64,000 nt of DNA, from positions 434,001 through 498,000 of the forward strand of contig JASVEC010000016.1 of NCBI GenBank assembly GCA_030770535.1, written 5' to 3'. A model generated the notes under the pieces. The model saw nothing but the letters and a program-made list of their open reading frames with translations, did not search any database and was not told the DNA's origin. Source of the DNA: Batkoa obscura (taxonomy: Eukaryota). Each line of letters begins with the position of its first letter. Within the stretch, counting starts at the first letter, position 1. Shown here piece by piece: positions 49,177 through 62,511 of the stretch. The translations under genes and the position numbers were made by a program.

Positions 49177-50406
49177 TTAATCAAATGGAAGTCTAGTAGG
49201 AAGAGTATTTGATTGATGATTAATAGATTTAGCTCCAATAGCGGAAGGAATTCTAACTGAACAACAAGAAGGGTGTTCTTGACCAAAAGCATAAACATGA
49301 GCATGTTCATTTTCATTATGATTTTCTGGAACGATATGACCAGTTTCAAAGTTTATTAGAGTGCCAAATAAAAAATGTTGAACAATTGGTAGTTTATTTA
49401 ATACTTCTTTCAAATACATTTTAATCATACCTTGATTCACCTTTAGCCAAGTTTTAACTCCAGATATATCATCTAACATTGGTGAATGCCAACGTAAAGA
49501 TTCTGATTTAACTGAATTAACAAATTGAATACATGCTAAATATTCATAATGTTGACTAAATTCTTCTACTATTTCATTATCATGAATACATTTTGGTCGA
49601 AAATGAGGATGATTTATTAATTGAGCTGAACCAAATAAAAAAGGTAGAAAATGATAATCATCTAAACCCCATACCCCATGACTACCCGCTGGCTCTAGCC
49701 AATAAATAAATTGTAGTTTTCGCATTACTTTAATATACTGATGAAAAACTTTTAATATTAATGAAGGATAATCAACTTCAGATATTAAATTAAGTTTTTT
49801 TAAACATAGTCTATGTGAAATAGAAAATACCATTATATTATAATTATTAATATTATTAAAATTAAAACTTACAAAAAGCACATAAAATTAACTTCATGAC
49901 CAGTACCATAATCAATACGATTATAATCTCCAAAACTATCATAAAGATATTTAGATATTTCAACTATACTTTCTTTTGGCTCAATAAATTCTTTTAATAA
50001 TTCTGGAATTAACTAAAGTATCATTAGTAACTAATTTAAATACTATTTATTATTATTATTTAGCTTACCTCTTTTACTTTATTATACCAAGTTTTAAAGG
50101 CCGGATTACCAAATCTTGATTTACCTACTTCTTCAGGTGGTATATTATCAACTAAATTATATAATTTGTCTAATACATTTAATATATTTTTAACTAACTA
50201 AATAAATAAAAATCAACATTAATTTTTAAATCAACTAAATCAATATTTACCTCTGATACTTTTATTTCTTCCGTTGTCTTTTTACCAATAACAGAATCAT
50301 TTAATTTTAATATAAAATCTACATAATCTTTGTAAGCTGAAGACTCCTGATATTGCTCTAAATCTTCCTTAGTTAAAATTGTTTTAATAGGTACTTTAAA
50401 CATCAT
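49177..50406 (-). CDS. RRD2: PP2A phosphatase activator PTPA (Rrd2/Ypa2-like), multi-exon
   Basis: SRFGNPAF; RIDYGTGHE; YWLEPAGSHGVWGLDDYHFLPFLFG; SLRWHSPMLDDIS. Confidence 0.9.
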
Positions 50407-50631
50407 TATAATATTTATTTTTAGAATTCTAAAATTTTATAATCACTAAAATAATAACTATTGAATTCAATGTCTTTAAAAAAATAATTCAAATTCAACC
50501 AATAAAAACTTCATAAATAACTAAGTGTCAATGTAATCAAAATTTATTTTATTTATTTAATGAAAAAATAAAAAAGCATATTTTATTGCATATATTATAT
50601 AGTTCATTGATTATAGTTTCAATAGTTCAAA

Positions 50632-51771
50632 TCAAATCATAGCTTTTGGTATACAAATATGATTATCTAAATCTCCTGGATAAATATGACCTTCACTAGT
50701 TAAAAATTCAAATACATTATCAATTTCAACACTGTTAAAGCCCTGCTGTACTAATTCTTGTTTTAATTTTTCTTTATGAGTACCCACATTTGGATTAGGT
50801 AAACTTTGATTAATATTATACATGAATCCTAACATCGCATTTGCTAAAGTAGTACGATCATGGGATTGAAGTCCTAATTGACTTTTCAAATTACCTACCA
50901 TCGAGTTATTTGAAAATTGAAGGTCTTTCTATATCAAATAAAAGATAGTTTATAGATAATTAAATTGAATATATGTAAAAACATTAAATTAAGCTTACTT
51001 TCATAGGTCTAGTTAATTGTAAATGAGATGTTAAAGCTTCCATAAAATGTAAAGTAATTTCATTACCATCTAAAATAGGTTGAAGACAAATAGCTAATAA
51101 TTGAATACTATTTCCAAATACTTTAACACTAGCAATAACTCGAATATATTCATCTTCTCTAAAATTAATAATTTAAAAATTAATTAATCAACTGATTAAT
51201 AGGATTACTTTATAGCATCTAATTGTTCATGAATATGAATGCCTTGATATCCTTGGTCACTTAAAAATACTCGAATGTCAACTAAACCGGTACCATCACT
51301 TAATTTAAATGATTTAAAAGAAGCTCCACTTTCAATAGTTGATGGTGTGCCCATTAAAATTACCTTTTTAAAAATTAATATTAATATGACATTTAAAAAT
51401 TATTTGAAAGAAATTATTGTTCTATTTTAACTTACATAATTCAATTCTACATTATCTAAAATTATTGGTTCATCTTTACCTGAAGGTAAATTCATCTCTT
51501 TTAATTGTTTAATTGTTACATATCGATAAGTATGTAATTTTTTCTATTAAATTATTAAATTAATGAGATGCGTTTAAAGTTTTTTTAAATGATCAAATCA
51601 AATTACTTTACTGCTCTCTAGAGAACCTTCTTCTTTTGGTATAAAGCCACCACCATTACTACCAAAGTTATTTGTATTAGCGGAATAAGGTTGATAACTA
51701 TCTATTTATAAACCATCAGTCTCTAAAATCATGCTTTTTGATATTTGATTGAAATTACTTTGATAACTCAT
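50632..51771 (-). CDS. RFA2: Replication protein A 32-kDa subunit, multi-exon
   Basis: GGGF N-terminus; VTIKQL; LSDGTGLVD; YIRVIASVKVF; NEITLHFME; C-terminal winged helix FLTSEGHIY. Confidence 0.85.
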
Positions 51772-52030
51772 AATTTTCTGATTGATAAGAATGATGAAAA
51801 GATAAAAAACTTGAATTTGATGTTTTTTAAACTTTTTCTTAGTTTTGGGTTTTGGATTCGCAGTTTTTGGACAATGGAAATCCAAGCTATTTGCTTATTT
51901 TAGTAATAAAATATTGTTTATAGTAAATTTAAAATTTATTTAAAAAACTGATATTATATGATAAAGTAATACAATAATAAAAATGTTATATCATATGCTT
52001 GAAAGCTTTATAGATCTTATTGAAAAATAT

Positions 52031-52669
52031 TCAAATCACATCTTTAACTTGAGATAAAGCCAAAACAATTGTATGTCTAATTTTGGGAGCAATGGCATTA
52101 GAGATTTTATTAGCAGTTGTTTGTAGCCCTTCTGCTAGAGTTTCAACAGAAGTTTTAGAGTTTGGAAAAATTGAAGTTTCAGATTGACTGGTTTAGGCGT
52201 TAATATTACCAATTGAAATAGAACCAATATCAATTGTATATCTACCTTGACCAGACCCTATTCCGTGACCTTTACCTCTACCGCTACCACCTTTTTTAGT
52301 AATATTACTCTTGTTAGTTCCATTACTTTGTTTATTGCTTTCAGTGTTCTTTCTGTCCTGACTCTTTTTTTTCTTACTAATAATATCAAGTGATTCCGAT
52401 CTACTAGCTAACAAAGCGGTATTTATAGCAGCGTTTATCAATGATTAGTCTGCTTGAGTACCACTACTACTATCAATGCTATGATTATTAAGAAAGCTTC
52501 CAACTTTTTGAGTAACAAAATTAGCCATTTCTTTACCAGTAACTTTAGTTTCTTTTTGGCCTATTTTAGTAATGGGTTTAATGAATCTACATTTCAAGCT
52601 AAACAACTCTTCGGCTGATATCTGAGAGAATAAGAATAAAGTAGTTGATAAAATCATATAGAATCTCAT
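52031..52669 (-). pseudogene. Paralog of the Gly/Lys-rich secreted protein with two in-frame TAA stops
   Basis: One frame running signal peptide, G/K stretch, ISIGN, ...LALSQVKDVI; TAA at 52445-47 and 52193-95. Confidence 0.75.
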
Positions 52670-53089
52670 ATTATATATATGATTTTGCTTATCAGAAACA
52701 AAATTAAGTTATTATTTAGTTAAAGAATTATAAGCTTTCTTAAAGGGTACTTATAATTGTTTTAAGGTGATAAGATAGCTTCATTACTTTTTGTTACCAT
52801 CTGATCTGAATATTAAATTTATTAAGTTTTGTATGTCATGTTTTGCTTTTTTCTATTAAAACTACTATTTTACTTGTTAATAGTGGTCGATGAAGCTGTA
52901 TCGATGACAGTTTACGAAATTATAAATAGTGATAATAGATTACAGTAGTAGCAATTAATGTTAATCGATTTATTGATTTAATTTTTTAACAGTATTTTTA
53001 AGTACTTTTTTGTACATAGACATTAACAGCTTTTAATAGGTTTTAAAAAAATAAGCAAAATACATTTAGATGCTTCTTTTATACAATAT

Positions 53090-53185
53090 GATGATGTTTT
53101 TTTTATTTCACTACTTTTTCTATCTTTTGAGCACTATCTGAGTGGAAAGATTGTTAATAAAATTCTTAAACGAAAACATATCCCT
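53090..53185. mobile_element. MITE
   Basis: Reverse-orientation copy, ATAT flanks. Confidence 0.85.
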
Positions 53186-53294
53186 ATATCATATTTAATT
53201 GCCCATATAAAACCAGGATACTTTTGATAATAAATAAAAATAATAATAATAAACCGTTTAAAATTTCAAATTATTTATTTACCATCCCGAGTAT

Positions 53295-54008
53295 TTAAAG
53301 CATATCTTTAATTTGAGATAAAGCTAAAGCAAGTGTACGTTTAACTTTAGGAGCAGCGGCATTAAGAGCTCCTTTTACTGGACTTCCTTTTTGTGAAGCT
53401 CCTGGAGCTAAACTTTCTTGTCCTAAAGTACCAGCCGAAGCTTGAGAAGCCTGTGGGCTTTGGTCTCCAGGTTGAGTAGTTTGAGCACTAGTGTTACCAA
53501 TTGAAATATTTCCAACGCCAACCTTATGACCCCCCCAACCAAAGCTTTTGCCGCGACCTTTCCCTTTACCACCACTCTTCTTAGTATTACTCCCTTTCAC
53601 TTTACCAGGTCCTTTCGCCTTACTAGGACTATTCTTTTTACCTTTACCCTTCCCTTTACCCTTTCCTTTACCCTTTCCTTTACCACCCCATGAATGTTTT
53701 TTTTTGTTTTTACTCTTACTATGAGTATCAGGTGATTCAGATTTAGCAGCCAATGGAGTAGCCTCGCGATTTGTATTAGTATCAACCGTAGCCAATTGAT
53801 CAAATTTTCCACCATTAACACCTTTACCAAGGAATTTTTCTGCTTTTTTGTTAGCAAAACCAACTGCTTCTTTGCCCACAGTTTTAGCTATATCTTTACC
53901 TATATCCTTTAAAGATTGACTCAAACCTCCTTTAGCTTTTACTGATTCCTTGGCCTCGGTTTGGGAAAGTAAGAGAATGATGATTGGTAAAATTGTAATG
54001 AATTTCAT
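53295..54008 (-). CDS. Secreted, highly basic Gly/Lys-rich protein of unknown function
   Basis: Signal peptide MKFITILPIIILLLSQTEA; amphipathic helix; (GK)n tract; conserved C-terminal LALALSQIKDML. Confidence 0.75.
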   Translation of the reverse strand: MKFITILPIIILLLSQTEAKESVKAKGGLSQSLKDIGKDIAKTVGKEAVGFANKKAEKFLGKGVNGGKFDQLATVDTNTNREATPLAAKSESPDTHSKSKNKKKHSWGGKGKGKGKGKGKGKGKKNSPSKAKGPGKVKGSNTKKSGGKGKGRGKSFGWGGHKVGVGNISIGNTSAQTTQPGDQSPQASQASAGTLGQESLAPGASQKGSPVKGALNAAAPKVKRTLALALSQIKDML

Positions 54009-54164
54009 ATTGTAATATAGTTTTTTATTTATCAAAAATAAAATAAAATTTTATTATTAACAATTGTACATTCTTCGAAGAGCTTTTATAGTTCTTTATG
54101 GTTATTAAATGACTGCTCTTATTTTTTTTAAATAAATTTAAGTTGGTTCTAAAATTTATTAAGT

Positions 54165-54255
54165 GGGTATAACGTACTTTATTTAGGAATTTGCTAACAA
54201 TTTTTTCACTCATAGTGCTTAAGAAATGGAAAAAGTGAAGTCAAAAAATACTCCC
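54165..54255. mobile_element. MITE, degenerate
   Basis: Internal similarity; right end ATACTCCC. Confidence 0.65.
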
Positions 54256-54816
54256 AAATAAAATTATAATAATTTAAGTCGCATGCATCATTATACCTCT
54301 AAAATAATAATTTAAGTATTATTTTTGTTACTGTTGTTCTATTGATTAAGAACATTAAATTAGTTATTGATACTAATTAATGGAAAACTAAGTATGATAG
54401 TGTTTAACATAAATAATAGTAACAATTATTATTGCTATATTATTAATTTTAATGAATATTAAAATTTCATTAAATTTATCTGAAGAGTGATAGTTTTTGA
54501 TGATATGGGGCTGTCCTAATTGGTTTCAGAATCTACTTAGAAATTAATCCAAATTTAAAATTCCAAGTTTGTGTTCAATATAACGGTTAAATCTAAAAAG
54601 CCTAAAATTAAATGTCTCTATTTAAAACTTATTTTAATTGTTTCCTTTTCTTAAATAGCTAATTTTCCTAACTATATATTTTATGTTAGTTCTGTTAGAT
54701 ATTTAACAGATATATAATATATAACTATATGATTATATAATTATATAAATACATAATTATATAAACACAGTTATTTGACTTTATTTGACTTTATTTTTTG
54801 TTGAAATAAAAATAAA

Positions 54817-56134
54817 ATGCAAACTTTCATAACTAAACTTCGAAATGGAATTTTTGAAAACTTCAATACAATAGGGAGGAGTACACAATATAAACATTGT
54901 AATTCATTTACATCAATTTTAAGAGCTACTTATAACAACCCAAGGTTCATGGAATTTTATAATAAAACAAAACAAAGAAAAGATATATTATCAAAGTTTA
55001 CTATCGATAATAATAAACTTAATCAAGTAATGTATAAAATTAGTGCTTTAAGGGAAACAGGAAACAAAAGTCAGCAAGTAGCGTTATTATCAACTATAGC
55101 TTCAGTATATTCTTTTGATGAATGTAAGAGTTTTGGGTTTAATATAAATAGAAATCAATATGATTATTCAAAAACAAGTAATAATAATAAAATATCAACA
55201 TTAAAACCTATTATTAAAAATACAAAAAAAATTAAAGATGACCAAATTGAAACCATCATACAATATTTACTAAATGATTCAACTATTTCATCAAGATTTA
55301 ATAAAAAAAATAACGATAGTAAATATTCATCAGATAATATATATATATTAAATAAAAGTAGAAGAATGATATATAGTAAATATTTGAATGATCTAAGAGA
55401 TAAAGCAGTAGCCAGGTCAACGTTCTTTAAATATATACCAACTAATTTCAAAAATCCAGCAAGAAAAACGGATCTATGTAATATATGTACCCAGTATACA
55501 GTTAGAAAAAAGTTATTTGAAAATAAAATAAATACAGCAAAAAACAAAGCAGAGATAGAAGAAATTTTCAACGAAGAAGAAAAATTATACAAATTACATA
55601 AATTCTGTGTTGATACTCAAAAAAACACATTTAATGAAACTATCAAAAAATTAAATAACAAAAGTTGTATAATAGTTTTAGATTTTAAACAAAATATGGA
55701 AATAGGGACAAGACCAGATTCAATAAATTTAGATCATTATAATAAACAAGCTATATCAGTATTAGGCTTTTATTTGCGAGCATAATAAAATTAATAACTC
55801 GACTGTTAATAATGGGAAAACAGATATAATTTTTAAAAAGTATAAAAGAAACAAAAATACAAAAAGAATAATAGAGATGCAGGGCATTAAGAAGTATTTA
55901 CACTTTATTAAACATAACAATAAACTACATTGTTATCCAGTATCTGATACATCAAAAAAAAGCGATATAGTCCCAATTAAAGTTATAGAGTCTATAGAAA
56001 ACAGAAAAATTAAAAGATCGATCCCAGCTTACCTTACGAAGATAACAGAGAATTTAAAAATTTCGATATTTACTAAGCAAGTAAGTAGTTTGTTGAATGA
56101 TAGAAATAGATTGTTAAATGTTAGGATTACTTAA
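54817..56134 (+). pseudogene. Sola2-like transposase truncated by ~380-bp internal deletion
   Basis: 322-aa ORF with KTDLCNIC...H Zn-like motif and VLDFKQN; sequence jumps at ~55766 to the equivalent of ~39664; C-terminal remnant 55877..56134. Confidence 0.8.
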
Positions 56135-56135
56135 G

Positions 56136-56294
56136 TTATTAATAGCTAAGTTAATAAATAGTCAAAGAACAAGTAACTGTAATAATATGTAAAAACTATT
56201 ATTACTTGTACTATATAGGGATGGTCAATTATAGTTTTGGGGCTGACCACTCCCTCCCATGCAGCTATTTATTAACTTGGCAATATATTAATAA
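56136..56294 (+). other. Structured RNA element 3' of transposase (copy B)
   Basis: Same fold as 40033..40195. Confidence 0.5.
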
Positions 56295-56679
56295 TGTAAT
56301 TATAACATTAAAGTAGTTTATTTATTTGATAATAAATCTACGATGTTGGTTATAAAGCAGTTGATAATAAATATTTCTCAATTAAGCTTTATAAGAACAT
56401 GTATTTAAGATCTAGTAGAAATTCAACTAACTTACAGTATGAGCTATAATAGAATGATTTAGAACTGTGTTTGGGTACTTTTGTTTTAATAAAAGATGTG
56501 ATTTTATAGAATTTTAAGCGAAGTTTTTAAAATACAAATTTTTTTAAAATTGGATAAAATAATGAAACTAATTCAGACAACCCCATATTTTATACAAAAT
56601 TAATTTAGATTTGTGCATAAAGTTTTTAAAAATAATTCATTAAATTAGTTATTTATTATATTAAAAGTTTAAGCCAAAT

Positions 56680-57425
56680 GCCTAGTTCAAGACAAAGCAA
56701 AAGTAAACATACGTTTGGCTTTAGCAGCGGAATGAGATGAAGTATTATAAGGCAGTGGAGCTTATTTTTCCTTAATTTACTCTTTTGAACTTCCTTCTCT
56801 TGAAGTTGCATATGCCGTTTGAGGTTTTGATGGGCTTTGACTTCAACTTTGAATTTGATTAGTTTGGACGTTAATGTTACCAGTTGAAACGGATTCAATT
56901 ATAGTTTTATGGCTACTTGAGCTAGAACCTTAGCCTTTTAATTTATCATTATCAATTTTAGTACATTGACTCTTTACTATACCCTCACCCTTCTCATTAC
57001 TTCGACTCTTCCCTTTATATTATCCCTTAATTATATCAGGACCCTTTTTCCTACCTGGGCCTTTCAATCTACCCAGATACATCTTCCTATCATTCCCCTT
57101 TCTTCTATCGACTATGGTAGCTTCTTTTTATTTTCTCCCTTTCTATCTTTACTATAAATCTCAACCAATTTGGATCGACCCACTGATGAAGCAGGCTTAT
57201 CCTTGGAATCCATATCAGCTATAGTTGATTGATCAGTTTTTTCTTACCTAGAAGTACTCCCACTACCGAGTTGTTTTTAAGTTTTTTGAGTAGCGTAATT
57301 GAGAACTTTGTTACCAACAACAGCTAACTTTTGACCAGCGTTTTTTAAAGGCTGAACTAACCTCATTTGTAATTTGAGGACTCTTCAGTATGCAACTAGG
57401 AGAATAGTAATAATGTAACTGGTAG
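56680..57425 (-). pseudogene. Degraded third paralog of the Gly/Lys-rich secreted family
   Basis: LVQPLKNAGQK..VGNKVLNYATQK; G/K-rich middle; AAKAKRMFTFALS; multiple stops. Confidence 0.6.
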
Positions 57426-58199
57426 GATTATATTGATTATATATTAAAAATAAAATATAACAATATTATTTACTTGCTCGATAAAAGGTTCTAAATTGAT
57501 TGAAGAGTTTTATATAACATTGAAGGTTATAAAATGGATTTGTTTCTATAGTTACTATGTCGTTGCTTTTTTTATTTTTAATAGATTTCATGTTATCACT
57601 ATTATGATATTTAGTATGTTTTTTTAACTTATTTTCTTTTAGATATTAATATCTTAAATGAAATAGCATTTTTATAGTTATTTTTAAAATTAAAAACACT
57701 ATTAAAACTTTACGATTATTTTTAGAAGTTATATAAAATTGATTTAAATTAAAAAATTATTAAAATTCATAAAAATCAAAACTTGAAAAATGACAAATAA
57801 TAAAGGATTAAAAACAATACCAAGATTAATTATGTTACTATTATAACTTTTGTTTCAAAAAGTACTATATAAACAGCAATCTATTATTATAAATAAAGAT
57901 TATACATACATTAATTTAGTTTTCATATCTCGCTTTTAAATCTTACTTTTCTTATTCAGCTATCAAATTTCTCGTGTAAATCACACTATATAAATAGATC
58001 CCTAATAAAAATCTAGATGGAATTCTTATTGCTAAATGGATGTATAAAATGCAATAAGAAGTTAGAGGCGCTATGACATATTTTTTTAACTTCATTTAAT
58101 TATTTTTATCAAACAAGAGCTATCGTACAAACGTTTTTATATTATTACAAAGATAAACACATAAGCTTACCAATTGAATGGATATTAATTATTTAATAT

Positions 58200-59383
58200 T
58201 TACAGATATCTCTCTAATGTTTCAGCGTCTAGCTCAACAATCAATCTTTCAGAAGAATCCATTTCAGTGGAGTCCCTATAGGCTAACCCCCCTTCGGGTA
58301 CTACATCTTGTCCGGCATCACCTCTAAACCTTGATCTAATACCTCTAGATACATCTTGCCAAACTTTTTTTGATGCATATTGTACCGAAGGATCCAATAA
58401 GAAAGTAATTAAGTTAACGGCGCCGTTAGTTGTAATTCCTATCATTCCCCATAATGATATACCAATATTTCTTTTACCTCCAGTGATGGCACTATTAATG
58501 TATGCAACAACAAATCCAGAAAGATCAAATAAAGCAGCGATAGGGTATAAAGATCCAAGGAACAAAAATTAGTTTAAATATACTATACTACACTTAATCC
58601 TTACACTCTTATAATAAGTTTTTTAAGTCATTTAATTAACTTCACTCTATCTCCTAATTTGACAGTGTTTGCTAAATGAGACATTGAGATAACAGTATTT
58701 CTATCATCCCCCAACTTCATGATAATAATGAAACTGACAATAAAAAGATAAATAAAAGTAATGGAATATATTATTCAAGTATTTAAAAAAATAATGGGGT
58801 ATGAGTTTGGGAGGTCCTCTTTTATAAAACAGACTTTAGCCTTATTTAAGCCATATAAATTCATACCTACATTAAGATTAATATACTATAATCAAAGTGA
58901 ACAAAAAAAGTACCAAGGCTATAAAGCTAAGGACTAACGGAGTCAAAGTAGGCTCAAACCAGTAGAAAAGTTCCCATTTCTTTTTAGGAGGGAAGGAATG
59001 ATAAAAAAACAAGCTGCAAATTAATAGCTATAGCAATGTTTAACAAACAATACATTTCTTCTCCAAATGCCCTCCAAAAACCAATAAAGACACAAAACGG
59101 TCCAGATTTTACAGAATGATGAAACAAAGCAAAAAACGAGTTAAGTAAATCAATTACTGAGATGCCGAATTAGAGCTTTAATGAGACTATGCCAATCAAT
59201 TCAGGCTTGTAAAATGCTGATAAATAGTTGTTAAGTGAATAATGATTGTAGTTATAAAAACAAAAATATACCAAGCGTAGAAAATATTACAATAACAATT
59301 AGTGAACTGGTGGCACTAATACTGTTTAATATGTTTGACACCAATGGAAGGGCAGATTGAATTTTAAATTCAACATCACTCAT
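58200..59383 (-). pseudogene. GPCR-like pseudogene (paralog of 60658..61827)
   Basis: IDLLNSFFALFHHSVKSGPFCVFIGFWR; in-frame TAA near 59170 and further lesions; last exon open. Confidence 0.72.
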
Positions 59384-60657
59384 TATCACTATTAGTTCAA
59401 TCAAAAAATAGCAAATGGGATAGCTTATATATTTATAAGTTTGATCTCAGTGTTAAGGATATGCAATATAATTTTAAGTAATAATCATCTATTACTTTTA
59501 CCTTATTTTAATATTTGAGGTATTCTTACCGGTTCGCTTATTACATTTATTTAGATAAATTTGTTACATCAAACTATGATTATTAATGTGGCTTGAAAGC
59601 TGGAACACTCATAATGAATAAGCATCATCCTAATTATTACATTTATATATGAGACGTGAATGTATGATTCAATCCATATTTTTTATTTCTAAATAGTACA
59701 AATACTCAATCTATGTAAATCTAAATTAAGAAATTTTGAGTTAAATCATGTATTTGGTTGTCAAACCTGTTTATACAACCAAGGCTTAAAAAAGCATCTC
59801 TATGTCCATTGGGAGAAGCTAAAACCTCAGTGCCAAATTTAACTGACTTCATGTATATTTAAAATTAAAGCTTAATTTTAAAAAAAGTATAATTTAGTAC
59901 TGCTTTTAGGCTTTGATACCTCCTGGTTGGCTATGCTATAACAATAGATTATCTATTAGGCTATTATTTTAGTACTCCAAGGTTTCTACTTGGAATATAA
60001 AATATGAATAAAGGTTCAAATATTAGTAGCTGTTTTCTTAATTCAATCTCAGAAACAAATCTATAATACCTCTCTCGTTCATTTATAGCTTTTTTACACA
60101 TAACAAAGTAACTTCTATAGTTTTGGTTTTGTTCCTATTATTTAAGAATAATTTATTAGCATATGACCGGGTTTTTATTTGAAAACAATAATAAGTGCTA
60201 CTCAGCTACATATATATTTCTTTATAAGGCTTTTTAAAAACCAAGAAACTTTAAAATACTAAAATATTAGCTACTATTCAAAATATTATAACAGTGGCTG
60301 TAAATGTAAAAACCATTTAGATCTATATACTCATAGTTATCAAATTATTTCATGAGTAATTAGCTATCTAAAGACCGCTTCTTATGTTTGTGGGCTACAC
60401 TATAATGCAAAAGTAAAATGCACTTCTATTTATTAATACAGCATTGACATTAGCCTAGAACAAAATTATGAAATTAAAATAAATTGCATTAGCAGTTATT
60501 TAGGTTTAATTATAACGTCTTAACATTTCTATCAGATTTTATAAGCATTATTACAACTGTATATTTTGATATTATTTTTCATGAAAACAAAAACAACTTG
60601 GTATAGGCGTTAAAATCGTTTATTAGAAAATAGCTTGATATTAATCTCAAAGAATCC

Positions 60658-61827
60658 TTATAAGTATTTTTTTATATCAATAGGCTTATTATCATTTCCG
60701 TCTAGACTTTGTTTTCTGAGAGTAGAGGGGTATTTAGTGTCGGCGTTTATGGATGCTCCGTCTTGTTTCGTTGTCAAGTCAAAATCAAACTCTTTTGAAT
60801 GATCTATAACATCTTTTTTGTTAAAGAGTAATCTATAGGTACTGATAAAGGCCTCTTGAAAAGTAGTATCAAGGAAGAAGGTAATCATATTAAAGAAGCC
60901 TTTAGTGGTAACCCCGACCATGCCCCATATTGATATACCTAGCTTTCTCGAGCCTCCACTAGCTAAATTTATATAGGACACACAAAATCCAGATAAGCCG
61001 AAAATACAGAATATTGGATAAAGGGATCTAAAAAAATTAATATGTAATAAAAAATAGTAATAATAGTTTACATTCTGAATATCATCTTCTTTAAATTACT
61101 TCTGAAGTTTTCATTGACTTCAACATTATCATTGTCGGCGATAAGGTCTATATTGCTCTTAGCTCTAGCTAGTTTGATATTGACAACAGTTGCAATAACT
61201 ATAAGGTATAAAAAAGTAATAAAAAATACAAGAGAAGCGTTAACAAAGACTAAGACTTTCCCTTCAGGAAGTTGTTCTTTAATAAAGCAAACGTCTCCAC
61301 CATTGAGACCATATAAACCCATACCTAACCCAGTTTAGATTGTTATTTATAAATAAAATGATCAAACTTACCTAAGGGTATAAAACTCAAAATAGCAGCA
61401 AGAATTATAGGGAACCCCCAGTAAAAATACTCCCATTTACGGTTAGGTGTTTTTTTATGAATAAAAACTAATTGAAGGTTCAATGCAATCATTATATTAA
61501 AGAAGCAATATATCTCTTCCCCATAGTTTCTCCAAAACCCAATAAAAACACAAAATGGCCCTGACTTAACAGTATGATGAAAAAGTGCAAATGTCGAGTT
61601 TAAAAAATCAATAGCTGAAATAGCCACTTGAAGGCGTAAGGTGGTACGATTTACCAAATCTGGGCGGAAAAGTGCTAGTTAAAGTATAAGCTAAAATTAC
61701 CCAACTTTCAAAGTTGCTTACCAGTGATTGTAAATAGGGATAGCACTAAAAGAGATGATGCTATACTTAACGAGTTGAGCCCATTAGAAATGCTGGGTAG
61801 CATTGCTTTGATTTCTTCTTCAGTCAT
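60658..61827 (-). CDS. 7-TM G-protein-coupled receptor-like protein (cAMP-receptor/Git3-like), 4 exons
   Basis: LVNRTTLRLQVAISAID; FCVFIGF; MIALNLQLVF; WEYFYW; LYPI; KGFFNMITFFLD. Confidence 0.75.
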
Positions 61828-62412
61828 TATGATAAAAATTAAAATGAAAACAAAATCTAACTTTAAACAAAAAGCCCTTTTTAAATATTTTTGTTATGGA
61901 ATAATAACTTATAATAGTTTACTATTTTAATGCAAGTTGACAATATTCATATTTTTAGGGATGTTCAAAAATGCTATAGTCTATTTAATATAAAGTATAA
62001 AACTCTATATATCGAACTATTAAATCACTACAGATACGATTCTTCATAAGGAAATTCATTTTAAAGAATTTAATTTAAAATTGTAGAACTTTTATGGTAC
62101 ATAAAGCATAGGTAAATAATGACCCAAAAAGATAGATTCCTATATTTGGATATATTAAGATAAATTGTGGTAAGATATAAAATTTTCACTAACGAAGATA
62201 TAAGATATTGTTTCTTTTTACCTTTTTTTAATATTTTCACGTTATCAAAATATCGGCATTCTCTATCACTTTTCAGTTTTAGCCAAATTTTATCTTGTAA
62301 GCCACAGCCAAGTTCACATTATGATTTTTTACAAAAATAGCTCACACAGCTGCTATAATTATGTTACGACTTAACTGATTGTTCATTTTAATAAAATATT
62401 GTTAAATCATAT

Positions 62413-62511
62413 GGGAGTGTTTTTTTTTACTTCATTATTTTTTCCATTTTTAACTACTATTTAAGGCGGAAAATTTGTTAGTAAAATTCTTAAACACAAA
62501 AATACATCCCC
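62413..62511. mobile_element. MITE
   Basis: GGGAGTGT...ACATCCCC, ATAT TSD. Confidence 0.92.

Larger units (their letters stand above)
54507..56584 (+). mobile_element. Sola-like DNA transposon, internally deleted copy B
   Basis: TIRs GGGGCTGTCCTAATTGGTTTCA / TGAAACTAATTCAGACAACCCC; exact ATAT TSD. Confidence 0.9.
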
